From Candidatus Eiseniibacteriota bacterium (GTDB taxonomy: Bacteria; Eisenbacteria; RBG-16-71-46; JABDJR01): a DNA stretch of 64,000 nucleotides. Shown here piece by piece: positions 26,669 through 35,939 of the stretch. Position numbers and translations under genes: made by a program. Each line of letters begins with the position of its first letter. The stretch's first letter is position 1. The stretch spans positions 832,001 to 896,000 of the forward strand of contig CAVXKA010000001.1 of the NCBI GenBank assembly GCA_963762255.1. The letters are read 5' to 3'. Under the pieces are notes generated by a model that was not told the DNA's origin, made no database searches, and saw nothing but the letters and a program-made list of their open reading frames with translations.

Positions 26669-27889
26669 CTAGTTCCCGCCAGTGCCTGTGCCGTCACAGA
26701 TCCCGTCGCGATCGCGGTCCTGAATCGGATTGCGGAGCCGGATCTTGTCCTGGTCCTTATCCTGGTCCGGAACTCCGGTGCTGTCGCAAGTTCCGTCCTG
26801 GAGTTTGATCTGATCCCGGGTCCGGTCACCGGCCATGGAGAAGGTCATGGTGCTGTCGCAGCTTCCGTCGCGGAGCCGAGACTGGTCCCCGGACTGATCA
26901 CCGTTGCCGTCCCCATTGCGGGACTCGATTTGCTTCATGACCTGATCGCCGCCGAGGGTGGTCAGGCAGCTTCCGTCGCGATCGCGGTCCTGGATCGGAT
27001 CGCGGAGCCGGATCTTGTCCTGGTCCTTATCCTGGTCCGGAACTCCGGTGCTGTCGCAGCTTCCGTCGCGAAGCTTGATCTGGTCCCGGGTCCCGTTTGC
27101 GGATGTGGTGCCGGTTTCGACTGCGTTGTCGCCGTGCCCGCGGCCATGTCGCATGTCACCGCTGTAGCCCTGGCCGTGGCCGCGCGCGCCGTGCATCACC
27201 GGCTTCAGGATGAACACCTTGCTGCCGGGAGGCGTCTCAACCACCGACCTCGCCAGATCGAACCGGATCATGATCTCGGTCACCTGACCGTCGGCGACGG
27301 TGAACCGCACACCGACCTTCAGGTACTCGTTGTCTCCGGGGAGTCCAACCGGGTACGTCTCGCCGTCCTCGGTCACCACCCACGCCTCGACGATTCGCAC
27401 CGACAGGTGCGAGTAGTCGCCCGCGGGCAGATCGAGCGTCCCCAGCAGCAACGCCAAGGAGGTGTCGAGGTCGGCCGCGTTCAGCGTCAGCGGGTCCACG
27501 AGGAATTCGATCGGGACGCACGTGCTGTCACCGACTCCTTCGCCATCTCCCTGGTGCATCGAACTGTCTTCAGAGACGGGATACACGCGGATCGAGTCGA
27601 AGGTGACGAAGAGATCGGCGAGCGGGGTGCGCTTCTTGGAACCGGAGTTCCCGTTCCCCGCGGTTGCCGTCACGCCCTCAACGTCGTCGTTGAGCGTGCC
27701 GATGGCCTGTATAGAGACCGCGAGCATGCCCAATCCGGTCCCTGCCGCCGGCGGGTTGAAGTCGTCAATCGAAACCGATCCGGGAGCGGCGGGATTTCCG
27801 TCCGAACCGCACCCCCAAATCGCGAGAACCAACGCCAGGGCCGTGATGACCGGCGCCAAGCGTTTCAGATACACGATACGTTGCTTCAT
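26669..27889 (-). CDS. DUF4382-like lipoprotein with a repetitive D/Q/R-rich RDGSC tail
   Basis: Lipobox AIWG|C; LPAGDYSHL...FDLARSVV...FILKPV; GAGGAG RBS. Confidence 0.8.
   Translation of the reverse strand: MKQRIVYLKRLAPVITALALVLAIWGCGSDGNPAAPGSVSIDDFNPPAAGTGLGMLAVSIQAIGTLNDDVEGVTATAGNGNSGSKKRTPLADLFVTFDSIRVYPVSEDSSMHQGDGEGVGDSTCVPIEFLVDPLTLNAADLDTSLALLLGTLDLPAGDYSHLSVRIVEAWVVTEDGETYPVGLPGDNEYLKVGVRFTVADGQVTEIMIRFDLARSVVETPPGSKVFILKPVMHGARGHGQGYSGDMRHGRGHGDNAVETGTTSANGTRDQIKLRDGSCDSTGVPDQDKDQDKIRLRDPIQDRDRDGSCLTTLGGDQVMKQIESRNGDGNGDQSGDQSRLRDGSCDSTMTFSMAGDRTRDQIKLQDGTCDSTGVPDQDKDQDKIRLRNPIQDRDRDGICDGTGTGGN
26703..27093. repeat. Intragenic direct repeat of about 120 bp, offset 270 bp
   Basis: 26703-26823 and 26973-27093 are near-identical, encoding TRDQIKL.DG.CDSTGVPDQDKDQDKIRLR.PIQDRDRDG. 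Confidence 0.9.
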
Positions 27890-28130
27890 CCGAGTAACTC
27901 CTCTTTGCCCAGGGGATTGTTCGACCCGCCCCGCGCCATTGGCGTTTCTTACTTGGGACACCCGTGAGACGGCTTGACCTATGATCGGTTACAGGGGGGA
28001 AACCTTTCGCTCTTGGTCGGGTTTCTTCTGTAACTCGGGGGATCGGGCGTCGTCGAATCGGGTGAAAAGAACCGGCGGCTCGGGAACTCCGTCCCCCCTC
28101 CCGTTCCGAACCGCGCACTGCGCGCATGGG

Positions 28131-28730
28131 GTGGTCTTGAGCGATCGTAGCCGTCTAGACCCCGCTGAGGAGTCCGATCTTCTCCGGCGGTCGCAGCAGG
28201 GCGACACCGAGGCTTTTGGCCGACTGGTTCGGGCTCATCAGGATTCGATTTACGGGCTCGTGGTCCGCATGGTGCGTGACCCGGGTCTTGCCGAGGAGCT
28301 GACACAGGACAGTTTCCTCAAAGCGTACCGGGCGCTGGATTCGTTCCGGGGCGCTTCGCGGTTCTCGACCTGGCTCTACCGCATCGCGGTCAACGCGTGT
28401 CACGACCATCGGGAAAGCTCGGCGGCGCGGCGCCGGAGTCAGGAGACGAGCCTCGATCGCCTCGAACATCACGACATGGATCCGGCGGCACCGACCGCGC
28501 GGCCCGACCAGGCGGTCGAGTTCAACGAGATGGCGGGACATTTCGACGCGGGGCTCGCGACGCTGGAGCCCACTCACCGAGAGGCGTTCGTGCTCCGCCA
28601 CCAGGAAGGTCTTGAGTACAGCGAGATCGCCGAGGCGCTCGGCATCTCCGCCGGAAACGCAAAGGTGCGGGTGCACCGGGCACGCGAGGCGATCCTCGCC
28701 ACGCTGCGCACCCGCGGTTACGAGGTCTGA
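28131..28730 (+). CDS. ECF sigma-70 factor
   Basis: GDTEAFGRLV, AEELTQDSF, FSTWLYRIAVN, YSEIAEALG...KVRVHRAR. The start codon is approximate. Confidence 0.92.
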   Translation: MVLSDRSRLDPAEESDLLRRSQQGDTEAFGRLVRAHQDSIYGLVVRMVRDPGLAEELTQDSFLKAYRALDSFRGASRFSTWLYRIAVNACHDHRESSAARRRSQETSLDRLEHHDMDPAAPTARPDQAVEFNEMAGHFDAGLATLEPTHREAFVLRHQEGLEYSEIAEALGISAGNAKVRVHRAREAILATLRTRGYEV

Positions 28731-28733
28731 ACG

Positions 28734-29427
28734 ATGACGAACGATCGTGAAACCCGAGACATCGACCCTCGGATTCACGCCTATCTGGACGGGGAACTGT
28801 CCCCTTCGGAAGCTGCTGCCTTCGAAGAGGACCTGCGATCTGGGAAGATCTCCGGCAGGCAGTTGGATGCCCTCCAACGGATCGACATCTGGTGCCGGGC
28901 TACCTCCTCGCGGGCCCCGTCCTCTCTTGCTCGGGACGTGGGTCGCGCGCTTCGGGACCAGCGCGCGTCCGCGCCCCGGGCGTCCTCCTCCCGCGTGCCT
29001 TCTTGGCTCAACCCCGCAGGTTGGAACGTTGGGTGGACCGGTGGGTCGCGCCGGTATTGGATTCCTGCTGCGGCGGCGCTGGCGGTGCTGGCCCTGTGGT
29101 TGGTCGTTCCTCGTCACGACTCCACTGAATCTGGCCAATCTCCCCACCGAAGAAGCGATAGCCTCCCCGAATACGGTACGCTATGAGTTCCGGTTCGAGG
29201 CTGGATCCGCAGCCGAGGTGTGCCTTGCCGGCGACTTCAATAGCTGGAAGGTTTGCGATGCGCGGCTGAGCCGCGTCGGGGAGGATGTCTGGTCCGTTTC
29301 GCTGGAGCTCCCACCCGGGCGCTACGAGTATATGTTCGTCGTCGATGGCCGCTGGGTGACCGATCCCCACGCCATGGGCTTCCACGACGACGGATTCGGG
29401 AACCAGAACGCCATCCTCGTCCTCTGA
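28734..29427 (+). CDS. Anti-sigma factor with TM helix and C-terminal CBM48/AMPK-type glycogen-binding domain (frameshifted near 29142-29145)
   Basis: IHAYLDGEL and the TM segment are in one frame. EVCLAGDFNSW...LPPGRYEYMFVVDGRWVTDP...DDGFGNQN is in the +1 frame. Confidence 0.8.
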
Positions 29428-30710
29428 TCCTTTCGGCTTTCGCCGCAATCCTCCTGCTCGCGCTCGCGCTCTCTTCGTGCCCCGTGTTCGCGGTGTCTCC
29501 CCAATGGACCATGGGCCTCACCCTGGGTCACGACGATCAGGTGCTGGCGAGCCCCGATCTCGGGGTAGTGCGCCCGGTCTCGGAGGGGTTTCTCACCGGA
29601 TCGTCGCGCCTGTTGTTGCGTTGGACCGACGCTGCGTTGAGCCGGCGTCTGGATCTCGACGGCTCCGCCGCCGCGACCGGATACGGCTCGCAGGTGGAAG
29701 GCGGGGACACCGATCTTCGCCTCGGGGGGGCTTACCGCCAGCGACTTTCTGCACGGTGGGCGATGGATATGTCGGGCGGTGTGTGGCGATCCCGCCGAGG
29801 CGCCGCCGGATCCGTGCTCGATCTCGACCTTGCCCGCGCGGGCGCGCGCGTTGCGTGGACACCGGGTGATCGTTGGGTGCTGACCACGGGAATCCTGCCG
29901 GCCTGGTTGGGATTCCCCGAGCGCCTCGTGTTCCCCGATTCGACCGAGAGCGAATGGCAGCGTCAGCTCGATGTCTCGGCAGGCGGGCTCTACCGCTTTG
30001 ACGGCGACCGCTACGTCGGCGCCGAGTTCATTCATCGGCGGACGACTTCGAATCAGGACCGATCCGAGTACACCGGACCGCTCTTCGTACTCCGAGCAGG
30101 GGCCCCGCTCGCCTGGGGTCTCGCATTGACCGCCTACGGCAGCTACGCGCACCGCGCCTACGACGTCGCGCCTGTGCTGGCCGCGACCGACGCCGGCGCT
30201 TACGACACGCTCGGAGTGCGTCGCGACGACGGCTGGCTCGTGAGCGCATCGATCGAGCGGCGAGTCGGCAGTCGCGCGCACGTCTTCCTCGACGGGTCCT
30301 ACCTGCACCAGGCCTCGAACGACGCGTACTACGCGTTCGATCAGGCTCGGATTGCGGTGGGGATCTCGGTGGATCTCGCCGCGCCGTCACGGGCGCGGCA
30401 GGGCGGTCCCGAGCTTCAGCGGGCAGGCCCCATGGCGCCGCTCATCACCGCGCAAGGGGTCCGATTCCGCTACCGCGCGCCTCAAGCCCGAGCGGTCGCC
30501 CTGGTGGGTGGATTCAATGCGTGGGACGCCGAGCGCTCGCCCCTGGCCGGGCCCGACAAGAACGGGGTGTGGGAGACTGTGGTGCCCGTAGTCGCCGGCG
30601 TGTGGCGATATGCATTCCTGGTGGATGGGGAGTGGGTGAGCCCCCCCGATGCCCCCCGCTACGAGGACGATGGATTCGGGGGGCGCAACGGTGTCATCCA
30701 TGTGCGATAG
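29424..30710 (+). CDS. Outer-membrane beta-barrel protein with C-terminal CBM48 domain
   Basis: Signal peptide LILSAF...VFA; alternating beta strands; VALVGGFNAW...WRYAFLVDGEW...DDGFGGRNG. The start is uncertain (possible CTG at 29424). Confidence 0.72.
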   Translation: MILSAFAAILLLALALSSCPVFAVSPQWTMGLTLGHDDQVLASPDLGVVRPVSEGFLTGSSRLLLRWTDAALSRRLDLDGSAAATGYGSQVEGGDTDLRLGGAYRQRLSARWAMDMSGGVWRSRRGAAGSVLDLDLARAGARVAWTPGDRWVLTTGILPAWLGFPERLVFPDSTESEWQRQLDVSAGGLYRFDGDRYVGAEFIHRRTTSNQDRSEYTGPLFVLRAGAPLAWGLALTAYGSYAHRAYDVAPVLAATDAGAYDTLGVRRDDGWLVSASIERRVGSRAHVFLDGSYLHQASNDAYYAFDQARIAVGISVDLAAPSRARQGGPELQRAGPMAPLITAQGVRFRYRAPQARAVALVGGFNAWDAERSPLAGPDKNGVWETVVPVVAGVWRYAFLVDGEWVSPPDAPRYEDDGFGGRNGVIHVR

Positions 30711-30829
30711 AACGGGTTGGCCCTGTAACGCGAGGCGGCTCGAGCCGTCGAAGTGGTTGAGTCCAAGAGCACGCGGGAGGGGCACCCGGTCTGGGGACTT
30801 TTGCACAAGTCACACAAGGATAGGGTGTT

Positions 30830-31825
30830 ATGAGAGCTAAACCAAATGCGCGCGGAGCGGTGGGGATGGCCTTCCTGCTGTGCGCCTTGACGGCGGGGCT
30901 GCCCGTTTCGGCTGCTGCTGCTGAAGCCGCGCCAGCCCCGGCCCTTTCCGAGGCCCTGACCGCCTATGCGACGTCGCCGCTCTCCGGCGAGCTCGCCCAA
31001 CGCGCGGGGTCGGCGGTGCGCCTCGGTGCGGACCCCGCGGCATTGGCCGAGTTCATCGCCGGCGCAGGCTCTCAGGCCGTGCCGGATCGCGATGTCCTGG
31101 CCGCGCTCACCCGCGCCGAACACCTGGCCGGCGCTCGTCTTCCCGTTGGCCCGGTCTTGAGCCGCTACATGCAGGGGCTGGCCAAGGGGATTCCCTTCAC
31201 GCGCATCGAGACCGTGGTGGACGGACTCCAGGCGTGGCTTGTGGATTCGGCGCGGCGCATCGATGCGGCCCTCCCCGCAGCGGCTGGTCGTGAGGAGGAG
31301 CGCGCCCGGCTCACCGCCATCGATCACGGCGCGTATGCCCTGAGCGTGGGCGTCCCCGAGGCGGCGCTGGATCGCTCGATCCAGCTTGCGGCGAAGGAGT
31401 CTCACCCGGTGGAGGCGGCGCAAGCCCCGGTACTTGCGCTTGGCGTGCTGGTGGCGTCCGGAGCGAATCCCGAGAAATCCTGGGAAATTGTGAACGCGGC
31501 GTGGAGGAGCGGCTACCGGGGCGAGGATCTGGAGCGACTGGGGAAGGCGCTCGGCAGGTTGAGCCGCGACGGGCAGGGCCCGCCCACGGAGGTGATCGAC
31601 CAGGTGCTGACCCAGATCAGCGGCAACGCGGGCCGCGACCGGGTTTTCGAGGGGCTCGACGCCCTTTGCGGTGACGGAGGCGGGCGAAGCACCGGCGCCA
31701 GCCCCGGTGCAGGCAAGGGCCAGGATCCCGCTCGCGACCGGCCGGACAATGACCGGGGACAGGGCGACCAGGGAGGCCACGGCGGCCACGGCGGCGGCCG
31801 TTCATCCCAGTCCCAGACCTTCTAG
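30830..31825 (+). CDS. Secreted alpha-helical hypothetical protein with G/D/H-rich tail
   Basis: Signal peptide; same strand as and downstream of the CBM48 operon. Confidence 0.7.
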   Translation: MRAKPNARGAVGMAFLLCALTAGLPVSAAAAEAAPAPALSEALTAYATSPLSGELAQRAGSAVRLGADPAALAEFIAGAGSQAVPDRDVLAALTRAEHLAGARLPVGPVLSRYMQGLAKGIPFTRIETVVDGLQAWLVDSARRIDAALPAAAGREEERARLTAIDHGAYALSVGVPEAALDRSIQLAAKESHPVEAAQAPVLALGVLVASGANPEKSWEIVNAAWRSGYRGEDLERLGKALGRLSRDGQGPPTEVIDQVLTQISGNAGRDRVFEGLDALCGDGGGRSTGASPGAGKGQDPARDRPDNDRGQGDQGGHGGHGGGRSSQSQTF

Positions 31826-31902
31826 GGCGCCCACCCTCCGGTGAGGGCGCTTCCCGATCCGGGCGCCGCTTGCCGGTCCGGGCGATCCGCGCAATTTCTG
31901 AC

Positions 31903-31936
31903 GAAGCGCCCCGAAACCTGGGGCGCTTCCCTTTTC
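31903..31936 (+). terminator. Rho-independent terminator
   Basis: GAAGCGCCCC-N7-GGGGCGCTTC followed by CCTTTT. Confidence 0.7.
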
Positions 31937-32068
31937 TCCCCGCTCCGACGCTGCTAGAATAGCGGCCCGTTTGCCCCGTACCCATTCCGCATCCCCACAC
32001 GGCGCTCCGGCCGGAAGATACCGTCTTCCGGGAACCTCACCTGACTTATCAGGAGGAAAACAGATCCG

Positions 32069-33289
32069 ATGGCCCTCGATGTGATGTTGGCGCGCGCCCA
32101 ATTTCCGGCGCTTGCCGGCGAGTGGATCTTCATGGACAACGCGGGCGGGACCCAGGTGCCGCTGCAGGTGGTTGATTCGGTCCGCGAGTATCTCTTGCGT
32201 ACCAACGTGCAGCACGGTGCGAGCTACGAGGTGTCCAAGAAGTCGGAAGAGGTGGTGTGGAACGCTCGACGGCTCATGGCGGATCTGATCGGAGCGGCCC
32301 CGGACGAGATCGTCTTCGGCGCCAACGCCAGCCAGCTATTCCGCATGCTCGCGCTCACGCTGAGCGCGGGTTGGGAGCCGGGTGACGAGGTGATCGTGAC
32401 GCAGGCCGAGCACGAGGCCAACGTGGGGTGCTGGGAGTACCTCGAGCAATTCGGCATCGTGATCAAGACCTGGGAGATCGATCCCGAGAAGTACACGTTC
32501 GAGCTGGACAAGCTCACCGACCTCATGACCGACAAGACCCGGCTGATCGCGGTGCACCACTCCAGCAACATCCTCGGCAACGTGATGCCGGTCAAGGAAG
32601 TGGTCAACCTCGCCCGCGGTGCCGGCGCGCTGACCTGCGTGGACGGCGTTGGGTACGTGCCGCATCGGTTCCTGGATGTGAAGAACCTCGGCGCGGACTT
32701 CTACATCTTCTCGACCTACAAGCTGTTCGGGCCCCATCTGGGAGTGATGTACGGCAAGTCGGAGCTCTTGAAGAAGGCGCCGCGCTGGAACCACTTCTTC
32801 ATCGACGACGACAAGGTGCCCGACAAGTTCGAACTGGGGTGCACCCCCTACGAATCCGCCGCGGGGCTGAACGGTCTGGAGCGATACTTCCGCGCCCTGG
32901 CCAAGCGCTTCACCGGCCCGGTGCGGGAGGTCTTCGAGGGCGTCTACGAGGACATCGCCGCCCACGAGCTGCGTCTCACCCGTGACCTGCTCAACTACCT
33001 GCACAACAAGCCACGCGTTCACGTCGTAGGCGACGGCGATCCGCGGCACGCCTCGGAGCGGTTGCCCGTCATCTCCTTCGTGGTGGACGACGCGGATCCC
33101 GAGGAGTTGGTGAAGGAGATCGACAAGAGCCGGATCGGGATGCGGTGGGGGCACTTCTACGCCGTGCGGTTGCTCAACGCGCTAGACCTCTTGCAGTACA
33201 AGGGGGTCGTGCGAGTGAGCCTCGTCCACTACAACACCGAGGCCGAAGTCGCGCGGCTCAAGGACGTGCTCGACAAGCTCGTTTCGTAG
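32069..33289 (+). CDS. Cysteine desulfurase-like class V aminotransferase
   Basis: MDNAGGTQVP, EHEANV, FSTYKLFGPH (PLP Lys), VRVSLVHYNT; AGGAGG RBS. Confidence 0.92.
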   Translation: MALDVMLARAQFPALAGEWIFMDNAGGTQVPLQVVDSVREYLLRTNVQHGASYEVSKKSEEVVWNARRLMADLIGAAPDEIVFGANASQLFRMLALTLSAGWEPGDEVIVTQAEHEANVGCWEYLEQFGIVIKTWEIDPEKYTFELDKLTDLMTDKTRLIAVHHSSNILGNVMPVKEVVNLARGAGALTCVDGVGYVPHRFLDVKNLGADFYIFSTYKLFGPHLGVMYGKSELLKKAPRWNHFFIDDDKVPDKFELGCTPYESAAGLNGLERYFRALAKRFTGPVREVFEGVYEDIAAHELRLTRDLLNYLHNKPRVHVVGDGDPRHASERLPVISFVVDDADPEELVKEIDKSRIGMRWGHFYAVRLLNALDLLQYKGVVRVSLVHYNTEAEVARLKDVLDKLVS

Positions 33290-33293
33290 CGCG

Positions 33294-33791
33294 CTACGCG
33301 TCGTCCGCGGCCACGGATTCCAGGTAGCTCGAGAGCGGCATCGCCTTGGCATGGCGAGCGGCGCGGATCAGCTCCGCGTAGGGGCCGGGGAAGTCGCCGG
33401 GCGAGAGGCGGAACCTCGGTTGGCCCAGCGCGTGCGTCTCCGGCGCCAGCCGCCCCGCGAACCTGGCCAGGATCTCCTCGCGGATGTCCACGCGGCTGGG
33501 GAGAATCACTTCCAGGACCAGCTCGGTCTCGCCGCTGAGCGGCCGGTACACCGCGGCGTAGTTCTTCGATGTGCGCCACCGACGCAGATGCACGGGCAGG
33601 CTGAACATCGCCACGCGGTCGGCGACCCCCTCCCAGTCCTGCGTGTGGCAGCGGCCGTCCTGATCCCATAGGAAGCGGCAGACGGCGCGACCGAGCGCGG
33701 CCAGCTCGGGGGAGGAGTCCGCGAAGAACTCGTCCAGCACGACCGACTGGAATTTGCCGACCGCAAATATCTGTTCGCTCTCCATGGACAT
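33294..33791 (-). CDS. Hypothetical protein
   Basis: GGAGG RBS, genome-like codon use, fills the gap between neighbours. Confidence 0.6.
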   Translation of the reverse strand: MSMESEQIFAVGKFQSVVLDEFFADSSPELAALGRAVCRFLWDQDGRCHTQDWEGVADRVAMFSLPVHLRRWRTSKNYAAVYRPLSGETELVLEVILPSRVDIREEILARFAGRLAPETHALGQPRFRLSPGDFPGPYAELIRAARHAKAMPLSSYLESVAADDA

Positions 33792-33876
33792 GACCGTGCC
33801 TCCGGGCTAAAGTCGCCGAGGAAGCCAAGCTACCAGAGATTTGCCCTCGGCACAATCAGGCCACTGGAGGACGCTC

Positions 33877-34962
33877 GTGAACGACTCCGCAGCCAGCCCG
33901 CCCGCACCACTATCCCGGGGAGAGATGGAGTGGCGCCAGTGGCTCAACGATCCCGGCGTGCCGGAGACGCCCGAGTGGGTGCCCCTGCTTTCGCGGGAGA
34001 CGGGCCGCCTGATGCAGGCCGGCGACGTGGGCGGTGCAGTGCGGCTGCTGGAGCAGGCGGTGAGCCCCGCGAGCCCGGTCTTCGACGCACTCACCGGTCC
34101 CAAGGCGCGCGATCTGGCCGCGCGCTTGAAGCGCGGCTGGATGGACGCGCATCCCGAGGGCATCGCCGCTCGCGATCCGTGGGACGAGCGCTTTCGCGAG
34201 GCGCATGCCGTTCTCGAACGATGGGTCCGCTATCGCAAGCAGCGGCGGACGGAGCCCGCGGACGCCGAGACCGGAACGACGGCGGCACCGGCGGTGTCGG
34301 AGGAAGCCAACGAGGCGTTCTTCCGCCAGTGGGTGCTCACACCGCTCCGTGAGAATTTTCTGCGCGTGATGGACGATCGCGGTTTGACCCGCCGCCAGTT
34401 CTGTTCGTCGCTCGGCATCAGCGAGGCATATCTCTCGCAGATCCTCAACGGCCGGAGGAATCCCTCGCTACGAAAGCTCGCCGACATCTCGCGGGCGCTG
34501 GAGGTGGATCTGGGTCGGTTGTTCGCGGTGCGGTTGCGAGCGAGCGGGGACTCGCCGTGGTCGTCCGATGCGGCGAAGCCCGAGCCCGGCGACACCGGAA
34601 GCTGGTATCCGGGCAAGGTCTCACGACCCTACGCCGCGCTCGAGGAGCACTACCGGCTCGTGTTCTATCCCGGCCCCGACCTCCCCGGCGAGAAGATCGT
34701 GGCGCGGTCGTTTCTCGTCGTCGATCCGGTGCCGGGGGAGCTGAAGTTCGAGCAGCGCTACGCGCTCGAGGACGAAGCCGACGTGGTGGTGGTGGCGTCG
34801 TTCGCGGGGACGATGGCGGCGGGGCGCAAGCATCGCTTCATGACCGGCGACGGGCGTACGCTGGAGGTGCCGGTCGTCGATCCGACGCGGGGCACGCTGC
34901 GCGCGACGAAGGGCGAGCCGTGGTTGCTGGGGCGGATTGCGGGGACATTGGTGGAATTCTAG
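33877..34962 (+). CDS. XRE-family HTH domain protein
   Basis: GLTRRQFCSSLGISEAYLSQILNGRRNPSLRKLADISRAL; GGAGG before GTG 33877. Confidence 0.8.
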   Translation: MNDSAASPPAPLSRGEMEWRQWLNDPGVPETPEWVPLLSRETGRLMQAGDVGGAVRLLEQAVSPASPVFDALTGPKARDLAARLKRGWMDAHPEGIAARDPWDERFREAHAVLERWVRYRKQRRTEPADAETGTTAAPAVSEEANEAFFRQWVLTPLRENFLRVMDDRGLTRRQFCSSLGISEAYLSQILNGRRNPSLRKLADISRALEVDLGRLFAVRLRASGDSPWSSDAAKPEPGDTGSWYPGKVSRPYAALEEHYRLVFYPGPDLPGEKIVARSFLVVDPVPGELKFEQRYALEDEADVVVVASFAGTMAAGRKHRFMTGDGRTLEVPVVDPTRGTLRATKGEPWLLGRIAGTLVEF

Positions 34963-34984
34963 GCGCGCACGGTCATGCGCGATG

Positions 34985-35077
34985 CGCCGCTTCGCGACTC
35001 GCCCGTCGTCCTCGCCGAAGGGGCCCCCGCTTCGCGGCCCTTCGGACTGCGGCCGACGGGCGACCCGCTACGCGGCG
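34985..35077. repeat. Long imperfect palindrome (REP-like) between convergent genes
   Basis: Nested stems CGCCGC/GCGGCG, TCGCCCGTCG/CGACGGGCGA and CCGAAGGG/CCCTTCGG. Confidence 0.7.
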
Positions 35078-35099
35078 ACTCGACGCCCGCTACGCACCG

Positions 35100-35819
35100 T
35101 CATTCCCCAGGCACCTGATTCTTGAACTGCAAACGCACGATCGGATCTTCGGTGTCGCCGCCGCCCTCGGCGATCAACCGCGCGATGAACCGGCCCACCT
35201 CGTCCGCGGTAAGCCACTCGGGTCCGCCCTTCGGCGCCGCGCGCGTGATGATGGATGTCTCCAATACCACCGACCTATAGGTCACGCCGTCCGGGCGGCC
35301 CTCCGCAGCGAGCACGCGGGCGAGCATGAGCAGACCGGACCCCGCGATCGAGACCAGGCCTGAGTTCGGCACCGGATAGTACGCGGACGCGCCGTTGACG
35401 ATGATGTACGTCCCGTGATGCTCGGCGAGCGATGGCGCGAAGGCGCGCGCGCAGACGAAGTGCGAGACGAGGCGCTCGCTCAGCACGCCGTCCCACGTGG
35501 CGAGATCGACGTCGGCAAGCGCGGGGCCCTGCCACCACCCGCCGAGCGCGGCCACCACGGCGTCCAGCGGGCCGAGCTTTGCAGCGACGTGTGCGCGCAG
35601 ACGCTCAGCGTCGGCTGGGTCGCCGACATCGCCCACGAGCGGGATCAAACGCCCGCCTGCACCAGGCTGCAAGTGGGCACCCAGTTCGGCGAGCTTGGCT
35701 TCGGACCGCGAGGGGACGATCACCCGCGCGCCGCCGCGCAGGAGCGCCCCAACGATGCCCTCGCCTACCGCTCCAGCGCCCCCCGCCACCAGCATCAGCG
35801 TGCCTTCGAGATCGCGCAT
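35100..35819 (-). CDS. SDR-family oxidoreductase
   Basis: VAGGAGAVG, VGDVGD, LDAVVAALGGW; AAGGAG RBS. This is the real C-terminal part of the 1040-aa shadow ORF. Confidence 0.85.
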   Translation of the reverse strand: MRDLEGTLMLVAGGAGAVGEGIVGALLRGGARVIVPSRSEAKLAELGAHLQPGAGGRLIPLVGDVGDPADAERLRAHVAAKLGPLDAVVAALGGWWQGPALADVDLATWDGVLSERLVSHFVCARAFAPSLAEHHGTYIIVNGASAYYPVPNSGLVSIAGSGLLMLARVLAAEGRPDGVTYRSVVLETSIITRAAPKGGPEWLTADEVGRFIARLIAEGGGDTEDPIVRLQFKNQVPGE

Positions 35820-35939
35820 GTCCGGCTCCTTTCTGGATAGCTCAAAGTATGGCGACGCAGCGGCGAGGTCGCAATCACTCGGCGAAGCCCGTACAATTCG
35901 GACGATACCCCACCGCCCCAACCCAAGTGAGGTTTCGCC

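Noticed and set aside
26703-27093. Repeat pair considered as a DGR template/variable region
   Set aside because: Both copies are in frame in one gene, the differences are not adenine-specific, and no reverse transcriptase is present.
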